Shown: positions 22,646 through 34,247 of the stretch, in pieces | Layout of the letters: the number at the start of each line of letters is the position of its first letter | Numbering within the stretch: the first letter of the stretch is position 1 | Source of the DNA: Amoebophrya sp. A120 | Taxonomy: Eukaryota > Protista > Dinoflagellata | Assembly (NCBI GenBank): GCA_905178155.1 | Contig: CAJINV010000009.1 | Span: forward strand, 248,001-312,000 | DNA length: 64,000 bases | Reading direction: 5' to 3' | Notes under the pieces: model-generated | The model's input: the letters and a program-made list of their open reading frames with translations, nothing else | The model's database searches: none | What the model was told of the DNA's origin: nothing | Made by a program: the position numbers and the translations under genes

Positions 22646-25600
22646 ATGTGCGAAATCGAAATGCAAACCAGGACGGGCCGTAGTGCTGCCGAGGTTGTCC
22701 TCGAGAGCGGCGAGAATACCGCCGTGTTGCAGCAGGCAGAGGAAAATCAAGCGGCCTGCTCCCCGCGGGCCCGATCCAGCACTGCAGATTCTCTGTCCAC
22801 TTCGTGCTCCAGTGCATCCGAAGTTTGTAACTCGGATGAGGATTCCAACAGCATTGATGACGACCAGGATCAGGACCTGCTTTTTTGCCCCATCACCATG
22901 GAGCTCTTCCGGGATCCGGTGGTGATTGCCAGCGGGAACACGTATGATCGTGTAGCCATCGAGCGGCATTTCAAGGCGGGCAACGTCAAGGACCCGCTCA
23001 CCAACCAGGAACTGCCGTCGTGTTTCATGATCACGAACTGGGACAAGAGGCGCCAGGTACTTCGGGGTAGGTTTTTGTGCACGCGTGTTTGATAATTTGA
23101 TTTTTTCGAAATTTTTTTCTTGAGCATACCTCCATAGCCAGAAGACAGAAGATGAATCGCTCACCCTCACAGGTCCAGCAATACCTGGAGAAGAAGGGCC
23201 CCAGTTTTGTCCCGGAGGGCTGGGAATCCCGCCAACTGGCCTCTGCGGAGACCAAAGTGGTTGTCGCGAGCCGCGCGAACGCGATTGCGGGTACCAGTAG
23301 TGGAACTCGCACGACAAGCCTAGATTGGTACGTCGTGGTGCTGTACACGCTTTGTGCGGTGCTGGTTGGCTTCTCGCTGCAGACGTTCGCCTCGGTGACG
23401 CTCGTAATCCGCTACCCGACCGGAACGAACAGCGGCCAGCAGTTCCTCGCACCCAGGGACCAAAGCCAGCGGGACAGCCTCAGCGTGAACATGCGACGGG
23501 CGGGAAACTCGTTGCTGTCGGCGTTCTATCGGGTGAACCACAACGGGATCCACGAAGACGAAAGCGCTGAGTACGAGCCGGAGACCAGCGAAGCGAACGA
23601 AAATGAGTTCTACCAAAACGACAACTTAGAACGACGCGCAGCTTCGGGTAGGTCTTTCGAATTCGACACTGCGAGCGATTTCGCGGTCCGCGAGAATTCT
23701 TATCTCCACGAAATCCTGTTCAGCGAAGCGACCATCGAGACAAATGGCGCAATCGGACAATCGATTCTCAGTACCAACTTTACAAGGTCTCTTGCAGAGG
23801 ACGAAGCCGATGAGGACCATGAACAGCATGGTACTTCTTCTACAACAACACCGGATGTCGATTTCCAGGAAGACATCGTCACCGCGTACTCTGCTGAAAG
23901 CAGCCACCCCTTTCTCGAGAATCCCGTCCACATTGCCGCGCACTTTCTGCTCGACCACGGTGATTCGCCGCATTTGGTTAATTTCGCCTTGAGTTACTTG
24001 AATCAACTGCCGGACATGGTGTTCAACGCATTCTTGCTTGGGTTGGAGGAAGCGGGTAACGAAGAAAACACGGCCGCAGCTGCAAAAAGACCTTCAACTG
24101 TAGTTCCAGTTCCAGTGTCACCGGTCACAGAAAAGGAGGAGAACGCTCAGCCTGTGCCGCAAGCCACGTCGGCTTCTCTACTGTCGAGAAGGAACACGGT
24201 CGCGATGCGGTCAGGGCGGGAAAGTTCTGTCTACAATCAAGAACAGTCGCAGCCGAGGCCGAGCAACATGACTACAACTCCGGCGCTTCTCGAGAACGAC
24301 GCCCTCCCCGCGATTGAAGTCGCGGCGAGCGGAGAACAAAACCTCGCTACGGTAGTTCCCACAACCGTTGCTGACAACGAGATGGACAAGAGCATTGCCG
24401 ATTGGATCGATGAGGTGGTTGAAACGAAACTTTTCTCGGCGATGGAGCGGTACGGCTTGACTACCAAAGAGGTCGCCGTTGTGACCTGGAGAAACGCGAC
24501 GCAGGCAGGGCGAGGGTTCGAGCAAAACCGATCTTCCCTTGTTTCCTTCGAAGCAGAACAAGACGATCTGGATCATGAATCGACCGCGACCGAGATTCCT
24601 TCTGACAGTGAGGCTGCTCTACAAACAGCCGCCCACGGAAATGGCCCGCGTACGATCCTGGATGCATTCGCGGACCAGATGGCCGGAAAGAAGGGACAAC
24701 ACTACAAGAAATACGAGAAAAAAACGGCAACACGAGAAAAAACGTCTTCTCGCGATGCAGCATCTTCAGACCCACCTCTGATTTCCGCTGCATTCACACC
24801 GTTCGAGAAGCAACTCGCAGCCCGGTCGGACTTGTACTTCAACGTGCCGATTTCCCACATGGCCCACGCTTTTGTGACCGGAAACAATCCTTTCGCGCAG
24901 GCAGCAGTCACAACTACGGAAAAAAAGAAGAAATCGAGCTGTCCAGCCCGGTGGTGCGGAAACATGTTCGAAAACTACAACGGGAAAAAGAAAAAGCAGG
25001 ACAATAAAGCACGGGGTCAAGAACATCATGAACGAGTAGACAACAGCTTCAACATCGTGCCGTCCAGCCAGAATGGGTGGGGAGTCGTCGTCCCCAACGG
25101 AGCATCGTCATACTCGCACCAGTCGTACTACTCGGATTCCGCTCCTACCGTAGTCGTGTCTGGACGCGGAGAAGACGCGGGAGACCACGTCATTCTGAAC
25201 AAGAAGACAATGACTATGAAGCCCATCCTTCTTCAGGCTTCGATTCAGAACCGAGAAGACTCGTATCGGAGATTGATCGAACATGTGATCTTTGAGCAGG
25301 TCGGGAAGTGGATCCCGGAGAACCTTTCGATGGTGGCAGATGTTCTCGCACTTTCGGTTCGTGATCTACAACAAGTGGAGAATGCGACAGCAGCCTCGGG
25401 GGCCCCGTTTCTACACGTAGGACATGACGTAGACGTTGCAGAAGAATACAATTACAAATTTTGGTCCGTTTACATCAAGACAATTCATTCCTCTTCACGA
25501 CCGGACGAGCAGCAACGAAAACTTCTCGCGCAGCAAGACGGGGAGAAGAAAAAGTTTTTCGGCGGTAAAATCCGGATGCGGGCACCGGTCGAAGCTTCTT

Positions 25601-25977
25601 CCCCGCGACCGGAGCGGCGCCCCAGCAACTACATCGAAAGTGCGGCCAGAGTTGCTGTACCGCACTCCATGTTCTGGCGCGGACTCGCCAACAGTCTCTC
25701 CATCATGCATCGGTTCGCAGCCCACCCAACACTGTTGACGTGTTTGAGTCAGAAGACGGCGGACTTTCTGACCAAAATTCAGCACTTCGCGACAACGTGG
25801 AGAAAAATGGTGATGGTAACATCCATTGCGGCTGATGCGGAGGGAGTTGTTCCTGATTCTCTTTTCAACTCGCGCAGCGGACACTATGCGGACCTAGTGT
25901 TGGAACTGGTGCGCGCTGTGCAGGAACGCCGGGAGCTGAGCTGTGGGCGGATTTGTGGAACCTGCATCGCACAGTAG
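22646..25977 (+). CDS. U-box domain protein (putative E3 ubiquitin ligase) with a transmembrane segment; exons 22646-23056, 23173-25977
   Basis: U-box signature LFCPITMELFRDPVVIASGNTYDRVAIERHF...DPLTNQEL...ITNW. GT-AG intron 23057-23172 joins WDKRRQ|VQQYLE. Hydrophobic WYVVVLYTLCAVLVGFSLQTFASVTLVI follows. Confidence 0.85.
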
Positions 25978-27105
25978 CGAAAAGAACGACCTACCACTAC
26001 AAGAATTTGCAGCCAGTTTGATTCCAAGAAATATGTAAACCAACAAACTTTGACATTCTTCAAAATTAACTAAAATTGATGTCGCACTCGGCAATTCGCA
26101 CTCAGCATACCTATACCAAGGAAAGTGTAAGCGAGGACGAAAGCCGCAATGTAAAATACTGCCACTGGCACTGCAGCTGTTTCTGTTTGTGTTTTGTAAG
26201 CCATCCAGTTCATCGCAATGTATAATCCCAGACTTTCAAAAATTTGTAGTGCACCCTCCTGTACTGATGCCACACCTGTACAAACAAGAGCAAGACAAAA
26301 ACTTGACGCCTGAAGATTGTCCTATTGTCGTTCAAAACTCAACTCATTGTATCTCTCTTGAGATGACAGAGACCTCTCACTTATGTAAAAAATATAGACC
26401 ACGAGCACGTCAGTATGAATCTACGAAGCCTGCGTTTGTGCCAAGTAAAGCTATGTATCAACTGCTAGCAATCTGAATGTCAATGTACCGAAATCAACTA
26501 TGCTCTTTCTATGTATCTGCTGTTCTTTGTAAACCTAAACCGTCGTCGCCGGCGATACTTGTACCACTATACAGCTACTCCTACTTCTACTTGTAAAAAA
26601 AACTATTCTCTGCATCCGCTCTTTCTAGATCCATCGAAAAGAGTGCCGACTGGTGGCGCTCGTATGCTTTCATGCAAACCCTTTGCCTATTCGTATTCTT
26701 ATTCAAATAGTGTTCGCTTCGATGCACACTCTCGTGGCTTTTTGGTATCATGGTTTTCCTTTCGGTTCCTACTCCGATCAGCAGATCAAAAAATCTTCAA
26801 AAATTCCTCGGATCCGTCATCAATATTAATTTGTCCGAAACTACAAGTTGCTTGCTTTTTCTGGAATTTATTTTGCACTTGTACTTCGGTTTGCTTTTTT
26901 CCTTTGCGTTGTGACCCGCCACAGTCTCGGATCTCGTCTGGGTAACTTTATTTTTGTTACTCGAGTACTTTCTCGAGCCCCACTGGCACTCATACACTTT
27001 CCAGCGAGACGTCGCGCCTTCGTCCTTCTTGTAGTTTAGTAGCTCTAGATAGATGTAGCATTGCTAGAGCTCGTACTCGTTCAGCACACACCCCCGAGGC
27101 CCATC

Positions 27106-29058
27106 ATGATGGATCCGCCTCCCGAGCAAAATAGAGTTCCAGGTGGGACACACATGCAATCAGTAGAAGCCTTCGTTAATCCCTCGCCACTGCAGCGTGA
27201 CCACCAACCCAGTCGCAGTTCTTCTTCCTCAAAGTACAAGGAAACCAAACGCGTCGATGCGAGCGACTTTGGGAAGTCGGTCGCGAGCGGGGCGGTATCC
27301 GGGTTCGCAGTAAAGACACTTACCGCGCCACTGAGTCGAATGACGATCTTGCTCCAAGTAACGCCGCCCACGGCAGCGGGTGTTCCTCGTGGTGCAGCTA
27401 CGTGTGCGACCGGAAAACAACTTCCAACCTCTCCGATCTTGACCGGAACAAATCCCAGTTCCTCTTCGACCAGCGGTCTGAACAAGCCAACGAGCGTGAA
27501 ACTGGGACCTGCCATATCAAAATGGAAAATCCCCCCACCCCATATCAAAACGAAATTTCTGATGCTGGATTTGCGTACACAAATCAGGTTTGTCTTGCAG
27601 TAGGGGACTGCAGGCCGATATCATGCCACTGCGCAGAGGTTTTGGCCTAGGCGCTTAGCATGGGGAACGCCTATGCTGTAGGACCAACAGCATTACAAAC
27701 CGCCTGCATAATGGGGCGGAGCGGATGCCGTTGCTTTCTTGCAAGACAGACACGATTTGTGGTCACGAATCAGCATCGCAAATTTTTTGAGGCGTTCCTT
27801 TTCGATATGGGGAGGGGGGATTTTTCCTTACAATATGCCACATCAGCAGGCACGACCATAGTACAACAGAAGCCTGGCTCGACCACAAACTTCGTCCCCA
27901 CGGGGTCCCTGGACTTGCTGCGGAAAGTTGTGCAGCAGGAGGGTGTCACTTCCTTCTGGAAGGGAAATTGGACCAGTATTCTGCACAAAGGACTACTGAC
28001 AGGCTTAAACTACGGATTGTTCGAGACAATCAAGAACAGCCTGCGTCCGATTTGGAGATCCGATACAGACCCCGGGTTTCTTGCACGAACGGCGGCAGGG
28101 TACGAAGAGTTAGAGTCCTCCCTCTGGAAATGTTCAATGGTTGTTAAAGGTTTGCATTTGCAATTTGAAAATATGACTTTTTCGATACCGCTTGATTTCG
28201 TCCAGAAACTTCTATAATCCAATGTGCCGCGTCTTCAAGCGCAAGTGCAACCTTTAGTATACATTCCGGAAGAACTAGTTGTACTACGGTAGGAAAAATT
28301 GTCACACAAACAAAAGGTTTCTCGCGAGCTCGGTTTCCTTGACCATCGCCTACCCCTTCGACCTTATGCGCACCCGGTTGGCCTGCGAGCAGAGAAACTA
28401 CCACCTCTCGGTCCCCACTGGTCAGCAGTGGCTGGGCGTTTACCGGGATGTGGTCAAGACGGAAGGACCACGTGCGCTGGTTCGCGGGCTCCCGTGTACG
28501 CTGTTGTGTCAGGGACTCAATGTCGGGCTCAATTTCGGCATTTACGAGACGCTCAACGTCTATCTTTTGCGGTACAGAATTGTAGCACTGTGCCTGCGTG
28601 TGTTGATCTTTCAGTACTCTTTTTGGAACAGTACCGAGCAAGCAAAGTCTTTTCTTTTTGCGAAAATTTGGGATGAACATTTTATCGCGACATACGATGC
28701 ATTTTATCGCGACATACGATGGTCAGTCTCCATAAATTGAAATTCTACCACCTTCTACAGCGAGCAGCATACCCGAACTACATTCCTAGAAACCATGGGT
28801 TGTGGGGCCGTCGCAGGGATCACTGCCTCAACTCTGGTGCAGCCTTTGGACCTGATCCGCCGGCGCCAGCAGATGAGCAACGAGAGCTGGACGGTGCTCC
28901 AGTGGGGTCGGCATGTTGTGCAGAGCCACGGACTGCGGGGGCTGTACCGGGGCTTGGTTCCTGAACTGCTGAAAGTCGCGCCAGCAGTGGGGCTCAACTT
29001 TTATATTTACGAATGGATGCGACAAGAAGTGTTTCAGACCAAAGTACATCCAAGATGA
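27106..29058 (+). CDS. Mitochondrial carrier (SLC25) family protein (~406 aa); exons 27106-27514, 27841-28099, 28317-28571, 28761-29058
   Basis: Three carrier repeats with signature-like motifs APLSRMTILLQ, YPFDLMRTRL and QPLDLIRRRQ, plus EGVTSFWKGN, EGPRALVRG and HGLRGLYRG. One introner and two GT-AG introns (28100-28316, 28572-28760). Confidence 0.92.
27515..27835. mobile_element. Introner/non-canonical intron, family D (321 bp), TSD TGCCA, ~70-bp imperfect inverted arms
   Basis: TATCAAAATGGAAAATCCCCCCACCCCATATC / GATATGGGGAGGGGGGATTTTTCCTTACAATA. TGCCA at 27510-27514 and 27836-27840. Removal gives KLGPA|TSAGTT in frame. Confidence 0.92.
28678..28720 (+). repeat. 21-bp tandem duplication (CATTTTATCGCGACATACGAT x2, ~22-bp period) in an intron
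   Basis: Seen directly in sequence. Confidence 0.85.
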
Positions 29059-30027
29059 CAGTTTTTGCGTTTTGCATACCATGAGATTTTTTGTCGTCGC
29101 ATTCTGACATCTCCGTTTTTGACGTGATTGCGATTTTAGTATGCGCACCTCTATGTATCATAGATACAGATACTACGCAACATCTATCACGCATTCTCAG
29201 TAAAGTTTTCGTTGTTGCTGTTGCCATTTCTTTGCTACTGGATGGAAGTAGTAAGTTCGCAATTTCGGTGGATGTTCATCGTTTTCTGTGACACAACTCT
29301 GTGCACCGGTACTTACCATTTGTTGTTTCGGTCGAAAGGGCAATCAGTCACAGACATGGCCATCGGTTTCAGTTCTTGTGAATCTCAGGTGAATTATCGG
29401 TCGTTTGCTACACAGGTAAATCAGTTTTCGTACACATACCGTGCTTTGCTTCGGTTCCTTCTGCGGTAGTACTCTCTTTCTGTTTTCCTCTCGTCCAGGC
29501 ACTTTTGTCTCGTACTTGTAGTCGTAGCTGTACCCCTTCGTACTTGTACACGCTACGGTGCGGTCGTCAATTGATACGTAAGTTTTTATCTTCTAGCTAT
29601 TTTGATAAACGTCGTTCATCACAATCACAAAAATCAATTGCAGCCTGGGCGAAGGCTCACCCCAAGAAATTAAAAACCCCATTCATGTACTGCTTATTCC
29701 CCCTTACTCCATTTCCCAAATCAAGTTGTGAACTGACACTAGACAATTTTCCGCTGACTTTTCCCATGTGGTGTAAGTGTCGTGTGGTTTCGTTCTCTGT
29801 TCCTCTGTCTGTAACAACTAGACCCTCGTATCAATAGTGCACCAGCAGGAGCTGACAATTCATGGTTAAGCTTCAACTTCAATTGAAGTAGAATGGCAAT
29901 GGCCTATGCTTCGGCCACGTGCCAGCCACGTGAAGGAAGGCTCCGGAGGAACACCGAGGGGGCGCAATGGTGAACAAACCTGCGACGTCTTAAAACAGAG
30001 CAGCTCTCGGGGAGAAGGACGAACGCC

Positions 30028-33000
30028 ATGGCGCGCCGTCGTGGAGGCATCTTGGATGCCCTGCAGCGGTCGCGCTGTAATAGACACTACCTCTTCACGC
30101 GAATAATAGGGGCGATGATAAACCTGGCCCTGTTCTTTCCGGGCAACATAGGCGTAAGACTGATAACAGAGGCTAACGGCTATCGGTATTTACCAGAGCA
30201 AAGGCGTAATAAACAGAGGAGATACCACGACCTGAAGATAACCAGGAGACGACCGACGTCAACAAAACTAGCATCTTCGGAAAGAACAATTGCTACAGAC
30301 GAAAGAACAATTGCTACAGACGAAAGAACAATTGCTACAGACGATAGAGAGAAAATGTCTGGAGGTCTGAAGCACCTACCAAAAGTTTCTACAGCGGAAT
30401 CGATAGTACAGGAAGGAAATAAGCAGGACGATGGCAGGAGAGAGGAGGAGTCGCAATCTCTATCTGCTTTGGAGATGCGCCCCGAGCCTCACCAACCGCC
30501 TGCCTTCAATCTGAAGGAGGAGTTAGGACGTCGGACGAGGAGACGGCCTGCACGTCCGCGTACCGTCATCGAAGGTCGTGACACCGCAGATGAAAGGGTG
30601 ACTCCTGTGCCCGGTGGAAGTAGGGAGAATAATGCTACTTCCGCCGCTGCAATACCAATAGATAGACCGCCGAAAGAAGAATATACCGTCTCGCTCTCGG
30701 TCTCGCAGCTGCTGGAGGAGAAGCCGCGCAAGCACGATGTGAGTGACCTGCCCCGGCGCAGACGTAGGGAAGAGCACTCAACATCCAGTGAAGACGAGGA
30801 CGGTGGACTGCAAGAGTATGATCACGATGACGAACTACAACACAATATTGCACGAGAAGAGCATGATCTGCCTGGAGCAAAAGGTGAAATGTACCAGCAA
30901 GGCACGACTCCGGACGAGAGCGACCGCTGGCTCGGATCCCGTGTAACGTCGACAGGGAGACGGTCTCGTCCCACGCTTGCAGCTACAAGCGGATCATGTT
31001 CGGGAATACAAATGGATTCAGGACAACCGGGACCCTCACCTTCTCCTAGTAATCATCAGGAGGGTCAGGCTGTAGAGCATTATAAACACGAGGGTAGTAC
31101 CCTTCTAGAACAAACAGCCAGGAGCGTTGCAGGAGGAGTTAAAAATCAAGCTACTCCCAGTAGCAGTGAGGACCAAGAAGAGCAGGAGTTTCTCGATCCT
31201 GAAATAAGTTTTGGAACAAGTGCAGGACCCGAACAAACACGAACCAACGTAGAAGGAGATAAAGACCGCGGCCCTTCCGAGGACTCTCAGTCGACTCTGA
31301 CTGCTTCGGCACGACCAGAAGATTCAGACTCAGATGAGTATCCTCTGCACGACCCAAAAGTTAGGAATAACCCCCCCAGATTGATATCAAATCCAACAAC
31401 CCCCGTCATTTCTACGGAACCCGGTGGAGATGGCGACTTTAGTAGTGACATTGAAGTTGTGGCCACGAAAAAGACATCAACAGCACCAGCTGCCCAGTTC
31501 GATTCCGATGCGAATCCCCAGGGCCAGGGCGACCACTGGCGCATTATAGGAACAACACGGCGACCTGGTAATGGAACTACTAGGAACGAAGAGTCCATAC
31601 TTCTGCAGCTTGACCATACGGCCAAGATGAAAGCAAAAACCACCGCCCGCCGAGTAGGAGTGCATTTGTTGCAGCAAAAGACGAGCATGAGCAGACAACA
31701 GCAACAGGTGAAACTGGGTATGGACGCCGGCGGCTTGGCTGGCATTGCGATTCTGTGCACGGTCGGAGGCATGGGTTTGCTGTTTATGACGTTGTACTGC
31801 CTCGGCGTCCTCGAGTGCAACAGCGATTCGGAGTATGACTACGAGGAGAAGCGAAGACAGGAAGCCAGGCGGGCCAACGAGTACTGGAAGGCTTCCAATC
31901 CCGTGATACCCATGCCCGGCAACTACAATAACCACAAGGATCCGAACAAGCAGTCGCACGGCAACCGAGAGCATCTCGGCGGCGTGGCTGCCGCCATGAG
32001 GGCCGCCGACAAGTTGAAGAAGGGTCTGAAGTCGAGGGACCGCAAGGACGACAAAGACAAGAGGAAAAAGAAAGGGAAGGACACCACAACTACCACGTCC
32101 GACTCGGAGTCCGACTCGAGTCACCGGAAAAAGAAGAACAAAGCGGGAGGGCGTGATCACGGTAAGGACCAGCATCATGACGGGAAGAAGGGCAAGAGGA
32201 GCAAGCAACAAGCCACAACGACCGAGACTACGGACTCCGTGGAGGAGTCCGATTCGGATTTTACCAACCCGTTTGCGGTAAACCACAAGGCCGGGCCGCC
32301 CGTGCAGAAAAGGGCGGGTCCCGGGTTTGCAGAGCGGGTCTCGATGACGCAAGCTGCCCATGCCCACGGCGCACTCAACGCCCGGGCCTCGGCGTTTCTC
32401 AACTTGGCCGGGTTCGGAGTGAACAAAGGCAATAAAGCGAAACCCCAGAAGAAGAAACCGCCGAATAAGAAGGAAGCCGCGCACACCACCGATGGGGAAC
32501 ACCACGACACCTCTAGCAAATCGCAAGCGTCATCGAGAAAGGCGAACGCAGGAGGAGCGGTGCACGCGCTACGGTTCGACGAAACCGATTCGGCGCCAAA
32601 AGGATCCCCCAAGATAGACGCGAAGGAAGCGAAAAGACAAGAGAAAGAAGCAAAGGAAAGAAGTAAAAAGGAAGAGAAACCTTATCCACCGGAAATTTGG
32701 CTGTCAGGCGGTTTCTTTTAATTTTTTCAAGGGACCAGACAAACGTGGACGTGCATTTTGCGCCGCTGGCATTAACTTTTGTATTTGTTCTCCACCAGGG
32801 TCTCAATTTGTGCGTGTTATCTTGCATCTTCATAATTATCACGATGCCTTGCGCCAGAGCCAGTAATGTAAACAAGTTACAGGAGAAACGTGTTGTGCGC
32901 ACTCTCTCATGATGACTGAGGCTTTCTGTGATTGCGTGCTGTGCCATGATCATTGTTTTTTCTACATCATTGAGCAAGAAATGGGAACTTTTCTTCCACG

Positions 33001-33257
33001 TATGGGTATGCGAGTCCTGCTCTTGAACATCAATATCTTTCGCTGACTCCAACTTTTGCTTGCATACGCTGAAGAAAGAAAAGAAGGATGCCGGCAAGGA
33101 GGATAAGAAGGAGAAAAAGAAAGGCCATGCTCCTGACAGTGACGACACCAATAATAGTGGCTTTTTTGGCAAGAAAAGGAGCATGGACACTCGAAGGAAA
33201 AAAGAGGCCGTACAACAAGACTTTGATGTCATCCCCAGTAGCCATTTTGATCCCTAG
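30028..33257 (+). CDS. Type I membrane-like protein 1 (low-complexity ectodomain, single TM, K/D/S-rich tail); exons 30028-32682, 33072-33257
   Basis: 897-aa ORF; TM GGLAGIAILCTVGGMGLLFMTLYCLGVLEC; the K-rich tail continues in frame after a decayed introner. Start codon uncertain. Confidence 0.7.
30280..30342 (+). repeat. Coding tandem repeat, 21 bp x3 (ERTIATD)
   Basis: GAAAGAACAATTGCTACAGAC repeated three times. Confidence 0.95.
32683..33066. mobile_element. Aged introner/non-canonical intron (384 bp) with degenerate TIR and TSD
   Basis: TATCCACCGGAAATTTGGCTGTCAGGCG versus CGCTGACTCCAACTTTTGCTTGCATA; flanks AACCT/CGCTG; removing element+5 nt restores the frame to KKEKKDAG. Confidence 0.65.
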
Positions 33258-34247
33258 GAAAAATGTATTTCTTCTTCTTCCTTTACTTTCTTTCTGATTT
33301 GTTCTCTTTGCTTCCTCATTCTAGTATTAGAAATACACTAAAAATTAGATAAACTTACACGTTTGACTGTCCGCAAAGGCAGGTGTGGAAGAGCTAGAAC
33401 ATCTCTTACTCTTTTGAATCATTATCACTTCTATTCATTGCTACAAGAAAAAAAGGGCGCCCGCGCCGTTTCGGCCGCCCAGCGCCTCGCCTTCAGGTGT
33501 GTTGAAAGCAGTGACGTACGCTTGCCTGTTGTGCTACGTCTTCTCGTTTACTAAACGGTGGCTCTTTTGCATGGAGATGTATTTTCGTCCTCGTCCGCAA
33601 CATCCAACTCGGTATAAAGTTAAAGCTTGTCCATGTCCTGTCATAGTCATCGGTTGTATTTACTGATTGTTCGGCTTCGTCCAGATCCAAAATGTGATTG
33701 TCGTCCATGATATTGCTGCGGGCATTTTCAGAAGGAAGTCGGTGAGCGTTCACTTGAAGTAGCAGCCGTATGGTTTTCTTCCTCGTAAACAAAATAAAAC
33801 TTCACGCTAGTGTCGTTCTTCTGCCGCGTCTCATCGTGCTACTCGTATTGAAAATGCTTGTCACACGTAATTCTAATTTTGGTTTCTGCCAAAAATGCTT
33901 TCATCAATCAATTTCGATTTCCACAGAAAACCCCCAATAACTACGTGATAATAACCAATCCTCTCTATGGTATGACACCCCCCTTGACAATGAAAATGAA
34001 ATCAACTTTTTGTTTTTGCAAAAAAACACCAAAGCCCCTGTTGTAGGTAGAAGATAATGTGGTCCCCCACACAGTGTGAAACATGATCCCATATTCAGTT
34101 GTCCCCAAATAATCAAACAAATTCATTCCCCGGGCCATGTACAGCATGGAGGAGCTTGTTTTCGTTCCGATCTGATCATCGCAGGGGCACGACATCAAGG
34201 CTGACGTAGAGCAGGTGGTCGTCGAGCAAACAGATCTAGGAGCGCGA

